A stretch of DNA of 64,000 bases from Phoronis australis. Taxonomy: Eukaryota; Animalia; Phoronida. Position 1 is the first letter of the stretch. Each line of letters begins with the position of its first letter. Shown one piece after another: positions 1-12,143 of the stretch. The stretch covers positions 1,150,838-1,214,837 of the forward strand of contig NMRA01000014.1 in assembly GCA_002633005.1 (NCBI GenBank), given 5' to 3'. The translations under genes and the position numbers were made by a program. Below the pieces are notes generated by a model. The model was not told where the DNA came from. It ran no database searches and saw only the letters and a list, made by a program, of their open reading frames with translations.

Positions 1-99
1 TGGACAGTGTCTCATCTCCCAGCTGTTTCCCTAGAGATACAAACTTGGCAACAGGTCCAGAGATGATGTCATCAAATTTTTTCACAAACTCAGCAGTCT
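1..99 (-). CDS. CAP1: Adenylyl cyclase-associated protein (CAP/Srv2 family), internal coding exon (start of the helical folded domain), truncated by the window edge
   Basis: Acceptor tttttctattttcag ends at 100 (minus strand). The phase-1 join G+AG gives ETAEFVKKFDDIISGPVAKFVSLGKQLGDETLS, resembling the CAP N-terminal helical domain (vertebrate-type '[22 protein letters not shown]'). In frame with the upstream RLE exon. CAP1 versus CAP2 cannot be resolved; probably the single invertebrate orthologue. Confidence 0.85.
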
Positions 100-877
100 C
101 TGAAAATAGAAAAAAGAACATTAGAGAAAACGCATTTTCACGTCCGTGAAAAACAGGGTTCCAGCTGAAAGCACATATTATAGGATTTATAGGTCATCAA
201 GCTACTTACAGAATGTTCTGAAAATTCTCACAGGCATAGACATAAACACATTCAAGTACACTATGTCATCTAATAACCAACTGAAATCAGTGCAGCAGAA
301 ATGTCCAGTGTTGGGCCTCAATAAGCTTGATTGCAACCACTAACTATCACAAAACGACTGTTGTTTGCGGAAAGTCGAATGGACGCTAACTTAACAGTTT
401 AGATCTGCAATGCATCCAACTTTGCCAAAAATTGTTGATTTGGACCACTTACTACTATTAAATTGGTGTTTGGTTCTTCTTAACCTGGATTAGAAGTAAC
501 TTCTGGGAAGAACTGATAGCTGACTAGCATATTCTCAAAGTAAGTTGTCTAGACCCGGCTGTATGCATTATGAAGGCCAGTGTACCAACTACTTGTCGTA
601 ACTCCCTCTAGTGTTAAACCGTTGAGCCAACCATCCTGCATAATGGACTTAACATGACGCAAGTTCTCAAAGCCAGATAAATGAGCCAGGTCCCAAGCAA
701 TAGTAAGCAATCAAGATCAGAAATCACTCCAGTTAATGGTAAGCCGCTTAAATCAAACATAGTCCTTGCCAACAGAGGGCAGGTTATGGCAGCTTTTAGT
801 AATATCAATTGAGGTCTTCTTCATCATAACCACCACCACTACCCACCCTCCCCCGGCGCCCAACAATAAGGACTTAC

Positions 878-913
878 CTTTACGGTCAGGTCCTTGGTTA
901 TCCCCCCCCTCAC
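878..913 (-). CDS. Candidate 36-nt in-frame cassette microexon of CAP (GEGGDNQGPDRK)
   Basis: Perfect donor AAG|GTAAGT at 878/877 and acceptor ctcttgattag ending at 914. Phase 1 on both sides, no stop, and it falls in the linker between the RLE motif and the helical domain. No expression evidence. Confidence 0.35.
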
Positions 914-1112
914 CTAATCAAGAGTTGCCTAAAAGCTGAGGGGCCTCGGTCACCAGCCCCTCCCCTCAAACAATTGGGATTTTCCAATAACCTGAAGGTT
1001 TGGTCTCCAACACCCCAAAATCAGGACTTACTCAGAAGCTCTGAGCCTCAGTCATCACCCCGAGCCCCCAATGCAGGCCACTTCTATGAGACCATGTATC
1101 ATGAAGACTGAC

Positions 1113-1641
1113 CTGCAACCGGAAGCCGTTTTCCTCCTGAGGCTCCTGTCTGGCTCTCTATCTTCTCTAAACGAGAAGTAACACTCTCCAGCCTGTCTAT
1201 CAGTCCTGACAAAGCATCAGATGCCATTCTCACTTGAGTCTCTATCTTTTGTTGTTTATACTCTTCCTTACGTAGTGTGGCAGGAGTCGTGAAGCGTCTT
1301 GTGGGATCAAAGACAGTGATTGGCCTATTGGGAGAATTGTTTTCCAGCTTAATTACAGTAACATTTCCCCTCTTCTCAACAGTTGACTTAAGCTCTGCTT
1401 GAGGTGAAGACGCATCAGAAGTAGCAGAAGAAAGAGGCTGTGATAGGCCACCTTCTGTGGTTTCACTAGTTTGGGATGGCCCAATTCTAGAGAAGGAGAC
1501 CGTATTATTTACTGAATGAGACGTGCCAGAGTCGGCCGTGACAAGTTTTTGACTGGTTACGTTGCCACTGTCAGCATCCTTAGTCTTCTGTTCATATTGT
1601 TTACTTGTGTAGCAGCAAAGAAGGTGAGTACACCCAGGCAT
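1113..1641 (-). CDS. CAP1: CAP/Srv2 first coding exon: 138-aa extension (ATG 1641) followed by the canonical N-terminus MASDALSGLIDRLESVTSRLEKIE (ATG 1227)
   Basis: The tandem RLE..RLE oligomerisation motif is typical of CAP N-termini. Donor GCAG|GTCAGT at 1113/1112 is phase 1, matching the exon at 99. A long polypyrimidine tract with AGs at about 1673, 1657 and 1643 lies upstream. The segment from 1227 down is high confidence; translation of the extension is inferred. Confidence 0.85.
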
Positions 1642-2089
1642 ACTAGAGAGACCAGGCTAGGACAGCACCAGGCTAGGGAGCAAACCAAAGAAAACCGTGT
1701 TAAAGAAGAATAGACAAGTAACCAATCAAAAACTTATCTTGGTCGCATGCACTGTCAAGGGTTTGAGGAGAGGAAAGAATTCTGAAATAGAAGTGTGCAG
1801 AATATAGTGAACAAGTTGGACGTGAAGGCAGACATATTCATGCATGGTGACCACAACAAACCAACCATGTGAGCAGTAATGTTTGAGATGGATGACATAG
1901 CAGTGATTAGGCAGCTCCAACACAAAGACCACTAAAAGATTGGCAACTTTTCAGACATATAGTGCAAATCTGCTGTGCTCATGCTTAACACCAGCTGTCA
2001 CTTACACTCAATCACAAACATTTTAAGTCTGGTCTGCATGCCACCTGTTGGCCACATAAACGTGACCAAATGAACATAAGTCTGAAAAG

Positions 2090-2140
2090 ATTTCTGCCCA
2101 GGACTTGAACACCGGACCTTCTGCAAACCGTGCAGATGCC
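2090..2140 (-). pseudogene. tRNA-derived fragment (tRNA-Val-like 3' half; probable SINE head)
   Basis: Minus strand reads GGCATCTGCACGGTTTGCAGAAGGTCCGGTGTTCAAGTCCTGGGCAGAAAT, with a 5-bp stem TCTGC/GCAGA and 7-nt loop, GAAGGTCC and B-box GTTCAAGTCC. The D-arm/5' half is missing and the anticodon loop is non-canonical. Confidence 0.4.
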
Positions 2141-4612
2141 AGTTCAAGATTTACATATTTATATACTTCCACTCAATATAAAACTGTTCTTCAAATATGA
2201 CGTAAATAGAATGACATTTCTTCAGAATAAAATTGCTCATGTTCTATGCAGAACACTAAGAGAGCAATTCCACAGTATTTTGTGGGTAACAGTGGATACA
2301 AATAAACAGAGTGCTCATAAGTTTCATATTAACAAACTTAGAAACTTGAAACTCCTGTTTAACTCTTGTTAACTGTGAAAAGTTTGAAGAAGACTCAGAA
2401 AAAAACAATATATGCCCCTTTTATAAGGTGTGATGGGGGAATTAATAAAATTACAAATTTTGAGCAGCATATTGAAGAATTTTATTATTTAAAGTTCTTA
2501 ACAAAACAAAGAGATTAACCTAAATGCTAGTACCGTATAACATTGATGCCAAAAATTACATACTTTACATCTAGAAAAACTGACCCCACAGAGTGTAACG
2601 GAAGAGATATAATCGAAGGTAATTTTTTATCGTTATTGACAAATTTGGACATTTTACTGATCAAAACTAATTTCCAATGTTTTCCACAAGTGGTAACATA
2701 CTGGGAGCCATAACTTCATTGCCAAATGAGTTTAAATGGTTACAAATATTCCAGTTTTGAAATTAAAACGATAAAACATGGTTCCCCCTTTGTGTTAAGG
2801 TGTAGAAACATGAGCCTTCAAGGAATATGAACAATTGGAAACTGTACATGTGTTAAGTTCTGTAAATGTGTTTTAGGATTAAACACTTCATGTCCTAACT
2901 CAGCAGTTACGGAGGAATTTGGACGACACCCTTTGTACACTACATATTTTGTATTCTGCATAAAATTCTGGTTCAAAATACTTGGGATGCCCAGTCATTG
3001 TGGGGCAGCATATGATAGGCTTTAGAAATTTGATTTCAACAGCAGATCTTCTCCGCATATGCCTTTTGAGATGTGTGGAAACAAAGCGTAGGGCCCTCTT
3101 GGAAAGCAGTGCTGTCACTGAAGAGGCCACCATCATTTTAAGTATCACAATAAAAAAAAATAAAAAAGAAGTATTTTCCTAGTGTGTCAGCGAATAGCAA
3201 TTTGATATGGAATGTAACTTAAAACTATCTTCCTATGTGAGATTTATTTACTTCTAAAACCTGTTCACTATGCTCATATCAGGCGTCACAATTTACAGTC
3301 TACTTTGTAGCGCACCAGACAATCTATTATATTGTATTTGTTACACTTGAGTAAGTGGTAGTCAGTCAGCAAGCTGTACGAAGACTAACCTTTCAATACA
3401 GCTAAGAACCGCTGTGTGTTATCCTCACATGGACCTCGAGATTTCACACCACCCAAGTAGTTTTGCTAATCGAACTGTTGTGAAACTTATATCAACAAGT
3501 AAAGCTAAGGACCGATGGGGTTGCATGTAAATTCTGGAGGTCAAGCGACAACTCACCACTTATGTGTGAATAACAATTTTACTACTAAATGCCATTTTAG
3601 CACATTGAAGAAAAGACTGTCATCGACTTGAAATCGGTTATGCTCGTGACACAGGCATGAGCCATTTGTTATTTTTTGTGACATCTTTTGAGAGATGATG
3701 ACAGCTTTGCTGAAGAAATTTTTGTTTATAAATTTGGTTTACATGTGTTAAAACACTAAAAACTTACAACAAAGTAGAACCAATTCCAATAATTTTTAAG
3801 ACATGCACTCTGAACTCGTGGAAGAAGAACAGTTGATTGAAGAATTGGCAAAAGATGACCATTAAATGACACTCTATTCCATGGCACTGAAATCCAACAC
3901 ATAAGATCACTCCACAACTTTAACAGCAGAACATTAGCAGAACAGAACATCTTAGCACCAGCAACTAATTTAGTTTATTCAAAAGAAGAGTATAGTTTTT
4001 AGTGACATGGATTTTGTGTCAGATTTTAGTTGGCAAGATTTTTAACCACATCGGTGCAAAGATGTGTAAGCATTTACATAGCTTTGTACCATGGCAAGGC
4101 CAATTGTCATGTCTTTATATTCAAATAAATCTCATATACAAGAACAAAACTTTACAGAGGACAGAGATCTATTTTCTGCACATGCTTAAAAACTTCCTTC
4201 TCAAGAAATTTAATTAAAGTTAAACGAGGAAGTGTGTCTGACAACAACTGCTGTCTGAATAGGGAATTTCAGATGTTGTTAAAACAAAACTAAGCAACAA
4301 ATATGACACTGTCTAATTCTACATTACTTGCTTAGGTAAAGCACTACAAAAATTTTCCAAAATGTAACGTGGAAAAGATCGCAGCACTGAGTAAATCATC
4401 ATGGGTGCAGACATTATTATCTAACCCGCAAATCATCATGGCTGCGAACATTACTTCCGAGTTCGGGAATGTACTAATTTACACATTCTCTTGAATTCGA
4501 TAACAGGAATTTGATTATGTAGAAACGTTCATGCGAAGCATCATTGTCCACTCCAAAACTCCCCTATACTTGTCAACAATTCGGGTCAAGTAGAACCGAA
4601 AAAAGTTCTTAC

Positions 4613-4690
4613 CTTTAGTGGCAGGTCCCGGTCAAAACTATCAACCCAGAGGGCGTGGTGAACCGGAAAAGGAAGAAGAGAGTATATAGT
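4613..4690 (-). promoter_or_regulatory. Putative CAP promoter and non-coding first exon
   Basis: Donor AAAG|GTAAGA at 4613/4612. Pyrimidine tract CTCTCTTCTTCCTTTTCCGG (TCT/TOP-like initiator) at about 4682-4663, overlapping an ETS core CCGGAA. It sits where CpG-poor sequence switches to CpG-rich sequence. Confidence 0.5.
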
Positions 4691-7600
4691 AAACAAATGC
4701 AGATTTCGAATTTTGGTTGGGATGATCCACCACTAGCTGTTAAGTGGTAATTACGCTTTTTTCTATTCGATTTGTTTCTTAGATGGCATCTTTCACACGC
4801 TTAACCTTGTCTTTTTGGGTCTAGTGATTGGTGTAGGTGCAAACTGCAATGAAATGTCTTCGCAATTTTAAATAGCTCCCTCGCTGGTTCCGTGCGTGTC
4901 CGCTAGGGGGGAAGGTACACGCAGGTATAATCAATGAGATAAATACAAATCTTTGGGTATTATTAAATTTTCCTCGGAAATTTTTTTACACAGGCTGGTC
5001 GAATTGTCAACAGGTAGCGCCTCATACGTAGACAAACCGGCATGACTGATAGAGAAAGTGTAAATGTGGATATAATGGTCTGTTGTACAGACAAATCGGT
5101 GCTGATTGGAATACAATGTTCAAGAAATGTGAATCGGAAAGTTGTGGTTGTGTCTTTTCTGTGTGCATTTTTGTACTGTCGCTAACTTTTGTTTACGTTG
5201 CTGTCCTATATTCACACAGTATGAATAACACACCGGTCAGATCTGTGTGCATTGTATGCGGCTATTAAATATTACTGCAGAAACGAAATATTTGCTGTCA
5301 CGCCATTTGCATGACAAGGCTGAAAATCCTTTACATACTGCGATTTTCTTTCTTTGCTGTAAAACTAACCAATGACCGCCGAGGTTACATCAACCAGTGA
5401 TAAAACGTGTGCTACAATGATACCTGTCCTCTTCCCCTCAGCGGAACGCAGGAAGCCATCGAGTATAGTTCATTGGTCAGACACGGCCCCGGCCCCTATT
5501 GCCCCTACATTAAATTTGTTGTTTTGGTAATTTATTTTTATCGGGTGTATGCTTCTCGACCCTACTTGAGATCGCTTCGTTCCCCTACTCCGACGGATTC
5601 TGACAAGTATAGGCTCAACTTGTATTTGTATGAATGGGCCAATTAATTAACAGCCGCCATCAATATCGAAATATATCATCGATTTTGTCAGTTTACACAT
5701 TATTTGTGTTTTGATAACTATGGAATGTTTTTTGTCAGTTTGACGCCTTTAGATCTGTCGTGCTTCCTCTATATATCACATTTTCTGGTCGTCAAGTTTG
5801 TCTCCTTTTCCACGGGCTTCTCGGCTATTATTATCAAAAGGGGTTACTCAGAAAATTAATGCATACCCCGTAACCTGAGTTGTCGGTTCACAACAGCTTT
5901 CGAAGCACAGAGGAAACATCATGAGCAGCAGATTGTCTGACTGACTCTTAATCATCATATCAGGAAGCTATTGGCTTATAGAGAATCCTATCCAGCTACT
6001 CTCAAGTCCAAGGTGTCTCGTAAGGGAGACTGAGTTTTACGTCCAGTAGGTAAAATTCAAACTTGAATACCCTGCCATCTTCAAAATAAACCATCCACTG
6101 CTCTAGCTTCAGCTGATGTTATCTTTCTCTAGAGATTAACTTAGGTACCCGAGCGCGAAATTACCGCCATCAACATGGTTGTATACACTAGGGGCGATAA
6201 TAGTATTTTTTAATTTTCATTTTAAAATTTTCAAATGGCGTATGAATAGTTTGTGAAACGCGCACGCGGTTAGGTTTTTGAATCTTGAAAATCGGACAAG
6301 GATGCGACTTTTATAAGCTAAAGCTAGAGCGTAGACATGGCCAGTATTCTGCTTCATTAATTGTAATGGCGTGTTACATAAAGGACCAATTACCAAGGGT
6401 CATCAACCAGCAGTTGAAAATTGAGGCTCCAAGAGTCATCGTACAATACTGGGCATGATGGACTACTGGGCATTTTTTATTCAAGTCAAATCTGTTAGCT
6501 GACAATTTAGAGGCAACTTTATACACATGTGATTCGTTCAATAATAACAATTCTTTCAATCGTCTTAGAATGCATGTGAAGGATACTCCCAAACTATTCA
6601 CTATTTGCGAGTTTGGTTAGTTTTTTGATACGATCGAGGAGTAAGGGTCCTGATTACTCATGAAGAAATCACGGGCCGAATGGAGTTGCTGTTCCTAACT
6701 TGTCACGACGGCCTCTTGTGTGTGGATGAGACAACTTCGTCATTCAGGACGACTGTGGTGACGAGTGTGGAGGTGACCAGACTAGTAGCCTACAAGCAGA
6801 CTAGACTAGACTACTCCTATCTATTCTAGCTCCTTATTGGTTATCGAAATGACACCGAGTAATTTAGCAACGAAGGTTGACCCTCCCAACAAGGACACAG
6901 ATTGGTCCGCCGCACTTGTCATGATAATACTCTGTACATATAATTCCATGTTGATGTCCGCTGGGCAACGCTAACACATAATCTCACAATTGTGCTGGTG
7001 TAAGGAACCATATGTAGTTCCTAGGCCGGTGTTACTACTAGTAAATACACAAACTATCAGCCTAATCAATTCACGTGACTCTTCAAAAATGGAACTGAGT
7101 CGGTACACCAACTTGCGTACACGAAACCGCATGCGCACAAGAGGCTAGAACGAAACTAGAAGATCACGGACTCATCAACAGGCTTCGAGTATATGTATGT
7201 CGACAGACACGATAAGTGATAAACGCGCAGTTTTACAGTCAACCACTACTCAACCACTTCGTACTTGTCTTCTTGTGATGCAAAATGATAACACGTAAAA
7301 AATTTCGCGCGCATTTTTATGACTAGTGTTACTTAGTTACTGTTAACCACAAATTTAAGTAGAAAAGGATATCGTCCGATGTCTGGGTTCCATCGAACAG
7401 TGATTCTTCAGAGCAAGTGCTGTTATCTCACTTTCACTTCTTTCCTTGCTCTGTAAGGTGACGTGATTCCCTAGAAGCTGCTTCTTCAGTTGAATTCCTC
7501 TTTGACGCGACACTACGTCCGTAGCCAGGTAAGCTACAGTCTCCTCTTTTCTCGATGCTTGGGATTTGACCAAGTTTTAAAAATACATATAAAAGTATGT

Positions 7601-7711
7601 ATGGTGAGTGTCCATGCCCACAACTATATTTGCGCTAGTCTGATTATCTCACTTTGTTGTCTACCTCGCAAAGTAGAGTGAAATAATAGACCATAACGTG
7701 TTTTATTTCAT

Positions 7712-8159
7712 TGTTACATAATCGGAGGAACAACGTCCCACTTAGAGTTAACACTTTCAGAGTTCTGAAAATGTTCCCATCCCTGAGTTCCAGCACCTGA
7801 GCTCTCTCAGGAGACTTCGGTCTCGCTCAGCCTGAGCTCTTTCTCAGTCCGTGTGTTGCCACGTTGGGGCACCACACGAGTCTGGTTGTGAGAGAAATTA
7901 TGTACTTACAGACGAGGCCGGACAGTGGTGGCAGCTGAAAGCTGAGCACTAAGCAAAGCTACGTTCAGCTACAACTGTTTGCCACACTAGATGCTAAATC
8001 CCAACTTGTGGTCAAATCATCAACACAGTAATGAACTAGCTCACTTCAACGTTTTGCGGCATCAAATTTACATCGATGAGCCTGCAAGTAGTAGTCTAGT
8101 AAAACCTCTTTTTTCTCCACAACACCAACTTTAGATTTACACCTCAAACCATTATGACA
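7712..8159 (+). mobile_element. Possible solo LTR or structured element containing a hairpin cluster
   Basis: Starts TGTTACATAAT and ends ATTATGACA (imperfect terminal inverted repeat, TG..CA). AGTAAA at 8098-8103, many internal stem-loops, no clean TSD. Confidence 0.3.
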
Positions 8160-8259
8160 TTGGTCTCAAATTTTACATTAGTCGAAATAGATGTGTTTTT
8201 GGAAGAACTATTGTCTTTTGTCCTTTAACTTTTGACCAAAAATCAGTTTATAGGTAGCT

Positions 8260-8440
8260 TAGCTTGTTTCAAGAAAACTGGCTGACAGAAAATTTGCCTA
8301 CAACCGTCGAAGTCAGAAGGCACAAATCCGACAAAACGTTTCGAGAGATGCAAAAGTAAACGATCAACTTTTGTCTATTGCAACCAAATTTCTGACTTTT
8401 GCCCAAACCGAAACCCAATGTCTTTTCGAGAAACAGGCCC
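8260..8440. mobile_element. Degenerate MITE (Harbinger-like GGGCC terminus)
   Basis: Right end TTTTCGAGAAACAGGCCC matches the left end TAGCTTGTTTCAAGAAAA at 13/18 as an inverted repeat. An inner inverted pair AAGTCAGAA / TTCTGACTT is also present. Confidence 0.35.
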
Positions 8441-10570
8441 GGGGATTGGAAATTAGACTGTTTGAGACTTAGTGGAGCAAGGTCTCGAGCCACAACGAGA
8501 TGTCACTCCAAGACCAAAATGCTTTTCATCTGAGTGAGCAACAAATTTAGACTGGTTTCATAGCGGTATGTGATGTAAATCAAAAGTTAGTTTCTTCGAC
8601 GGAACGTCAGTTTTTACCCGCGTTAAGTGATTCGCAACAGTGATATCCGTTTCTGTTGGTCGTGGCCCTCAGTGAGCCCATGACTTGGCGACTTAATTTA
8701 AGTTAATGCTCTTCCTTTTTCGCTAGTCCTCAGATGTTTGGAGCAACGCCTCTGTGCGACGTAATGCGCTTTTTAGTGCAACCTGCCTCCCATCACAAAA
8801 AGCACCTTATGATTTAGACCACTAAACATTTTCTTCTACAGTATTTAGCTGCCAAAAACGAATTAAAATAAATTAATTGTCATTCAGCTCACAAAATCGG
8901 TCTCGTAATATTCCTTACCGTGTCGGAGCTCGATTTCTGTTTTCAACGAGACCATCGAAGTCATCAAGAAAATGCTTTGGAGTTTATTGCGGTAGTCTGC
9001 AACAGCAAAACGCGAATAAAAATAAGATGTCAATTTGGTTATGTGTTTTCTCAACAGATGTCTCTTTTCACTGCATGTGAACAGTTAAACCAGATGATTA
9101 TCAATCTGTATTATTTATGAAAGCTGCATAACAGAACATTTTTATCATAAGTAGTTTTATCAGCAGCTGATTTTTATTTCCATTTTTAAATTTCGTCTCT
9201 GGGAATAGATTGCAATAAAATGGTTATGATAGGATTTTCACTGACAGACCTACCTGTAACAGCCGTGGTTCGGACACACAATCTATCAGTGTCATATATT
9301 CCATGAAAAGATTGAAAATTCGTAAACTGTTTTGTGGAAGGATCCAGAATTTTATTATATAATAAGAGTCGCAAATTACACATCTAAACTACACAATATG
9401 TGTCTACATTCAGAAGTACAATCTGGTCGATTAACACATACGGGGCATTGTATTGCTTCAGTTGACAGACTGACCAATATGCCCATGTTAGTGACACGGA
9501 AACTTTTTGGTGTAGGCAAGATTAGAAGGAATTGTTTGTTTTGTGGTTTAGAAACACAACCACTGACTCACCTAAAGCCGGATAGAAGACGGTGGGCCCA
9601 AAATCCGTACAAATAAATTACTTTGGGGCACACGACCCCGAACTCTTTTGGTAACCGTCCCTGTGACCTGTTATGACCTGATTTGATATACATTGCAACT
9701 GAACGGTTTGCGGGTTTAAAAATTAAACTTCCTCTTTAAATTTGTGTTTCTCTTTCTGCATCGTTTGCCACAGCATCATGAAATATTTTTGTGTAGTCCG
9801 CGAGAATAAACAGTAAACATTTTATCCTAAGCACGTTACGTACGGATGATAGATAAATGACCTTTCTCATACGCGGATTTTTTGCATCAATTTGGAGTCG
9901 TGCTTCCTGATTCAATTCTCTTCAGGCTCTTGTTGCCGTTGAATTCCAACAGGATAAGTCGAGGCGAGATTGTCCCCGTTTTAATGCATTATATAATTTC
10001 TACGATTTTGGGATCAATCGCAATGGTCTAGATTTCAACTCTACTGTGATGTGAGAAAAGCCAGAGTCATTGCAAAAAGAAAACATCCAAATTGAATATG
10101 GGATTTTTGAATGTTCTTTTGTTGAAGTCGACAGTTCGGGTCACGTGACTGGTGAATCAGCTGAGTAAACTGTTGGAATGGAAACCCACCGTCATCAATC
10201 ATTACCTGCGATGACGCATAGCCAACAGTGACCCGGTGATAACGCGATTTACCTGATAACGGTCGTCCCGTGTCATCGACAAGGGTTCCGAATTCTCAAG
10301 ACGTTTCGCATAATATGCAGAGCCACAGTTGGCTACTTGAATATCGAGCGCCGGATTAACATTGCAATAGACGTAACATGAAGGAGCATGCATACGAGCA
10401 TCTAAGTGGCTTATCATGAAATTTAAGTGTTAAAAAAATTTGAAGTTTTATAAGTTAAAAAGAAGATATTGTTTTCTTGAAGTTTGGGCTAAATTGTGGC
10501 ACACTGCAACTACGGCCTGCGTAGTTTGTGCTTAATGTATTCAAATAGAACATTAAACGAAACGCAGAGT

Positions 10571-12143
10571 TTTATTGACAATTTAACTTTTGTTGCAAGA
10601 AATAACCTCTTAGTATGTGTGCTTTGCTGATTAATCAAAGCGGTCAATAACATACATTTATTCACGCAGTTTTCGACGGTGAAACAAAAGACCGCCAGCT
10701 AACAACAACAGTCAGCGGTCTCCAAAGCTATTGAAGATTTTTGGCTTCTTTCAGATACGATTTGGATCACGTGTGTTTCGATTTTCTATAGCGTCTAGTG
10801 ACCACTTGTTTACATAACCATACTTCTTTCAACAGGCAAATTAATTTTATTGATGAGGTCCATGAGTGGCTCAGTCAACGCTGCGGTGAAGTGACAAAAA
10901 GACAACTAATATTTCACTGAATTTATTTAACGTATGTCTGAACAACAATAGCTGAATGAATGACGTTGGTTATGATGAGATGTCAGCGACTATATGATTA
11001 TTACTAATACTTCCAGCCTGACCATCTGTGAACAAAAATAGAGATAAAGTCGTTGACAAATATCACAGTTTCAGAGAGGTTAAATAGTTTTCCTAAAATC
11101 TTATTCCCCATGCATATTAAGTATATGCAAATTTTGTGAGGGAGAATGTTACTGCGCTCCAGTATACATTTCAAATAAGCTGTCAATATTAAAATGATCA
11201 TAAAAATAACAAAAACATAATAACCGACGTTTAGGAACTTTAAGTTAAGGTTTCAACAGAATATATATATCCTTTATATAAACGCTAATTAAAGTGCAAC
11301 CTACTACAAAGTGCTTTTTACTACTAGCTACCTAACTAACTAACTAACTAACAGGGAGTGAGGCTTGTACTTAATTACAGATTATAATTTATTGCTAATT
11401 TATTAACTAAACTATAGCTGAAGACTACAAGTATGTATATATATGTATATATTTATATTTATAACAAAGAGGACGAGTAGTCGAAATGAGACAATAAATA
11501 CAGGGGAGACAACAAGCCCTGCCGAGTTCCCGTGGCTGGCACTGGACGGGGAACTGGTAAGGGTGTCTGTGACCTTTAAAAAGCACTGAGGTCAATTACA
11601 ATGGTCAACAGTTTATAACAGATACATATAAATAAAAACGCAGTAACAGTTATTGTCCTCTTAAATATTACAATATTTGCCATAATAATAAGATAATTAA
11701 GAACAATATTAATAATAGCAAAAACAGTTACCCATCCCCTTCTCCACCTATACAGGAGTTTAGGTTGAAATAAGTGATTGTCAATGAATTTATGTAAAAT
11801 TAAAAATTGACAGAATGTTAAACCTGCAGCGATGCCTACTAGAAGCGCAACTTAAAAGTAATGTCTGAGTATTGTGCAGACATTTTTGTCGAAATTAATA
11901 TTCTAAAATAAGCGTTATCTACAATAACTAAAACTATAGTAGGCAAGTTTAGCGGGGCTTGGGCTGCGCGTGCCAGCACAGTCTGAACACAAATCTACTC
12001 AGTTTCAGGACAATCCTGTTTTCAGTAAAATAACTTGCATAGAGTCGAGATCTATCTTCCGGCAGACTGCCAAACAATTCACCAAAATGGTGACTGTTTT
12101 TTTTTTTTAATGTTCCTCTTTACGTCTACTTAGGACGGTTCTA
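10571..12143 (-). other. RBM24: RBM24/38 3'UTR (AU-rich) with several candidate poly(A) signals
   Basis: Follows tandem stops TAA TAG. AATAAA on the minus strand at 11399-11404, 11388-11393, 10846-10851, 10657-10662 and 10571-10576. The actual end is unknown. Confidence 0.5.

Noticed and set aside
1032-1083. Extra CAP exon or extension using the GTAAGT donor at 1031
   Set aside because: Extension from 1113 includes a TGA at 1099-1101, and a separate exon would need a 29-nt intron.
7458-7528. Possible plus-strand non-coding exon (pyrimidine tract-AAG ... CAG|GTAAGC)
   Set aside because: The splice signals are isolated with no partner exon identifiable, so it cannot be supported without transcripts.
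11521-11557. Iron-responsive element (CAGUGC in a UTR hairpin)
   Set aside because: The five bases on each side of CAGUGC (CCGUC / CAGCC) do not pair, so the IRE upper stem is absent.
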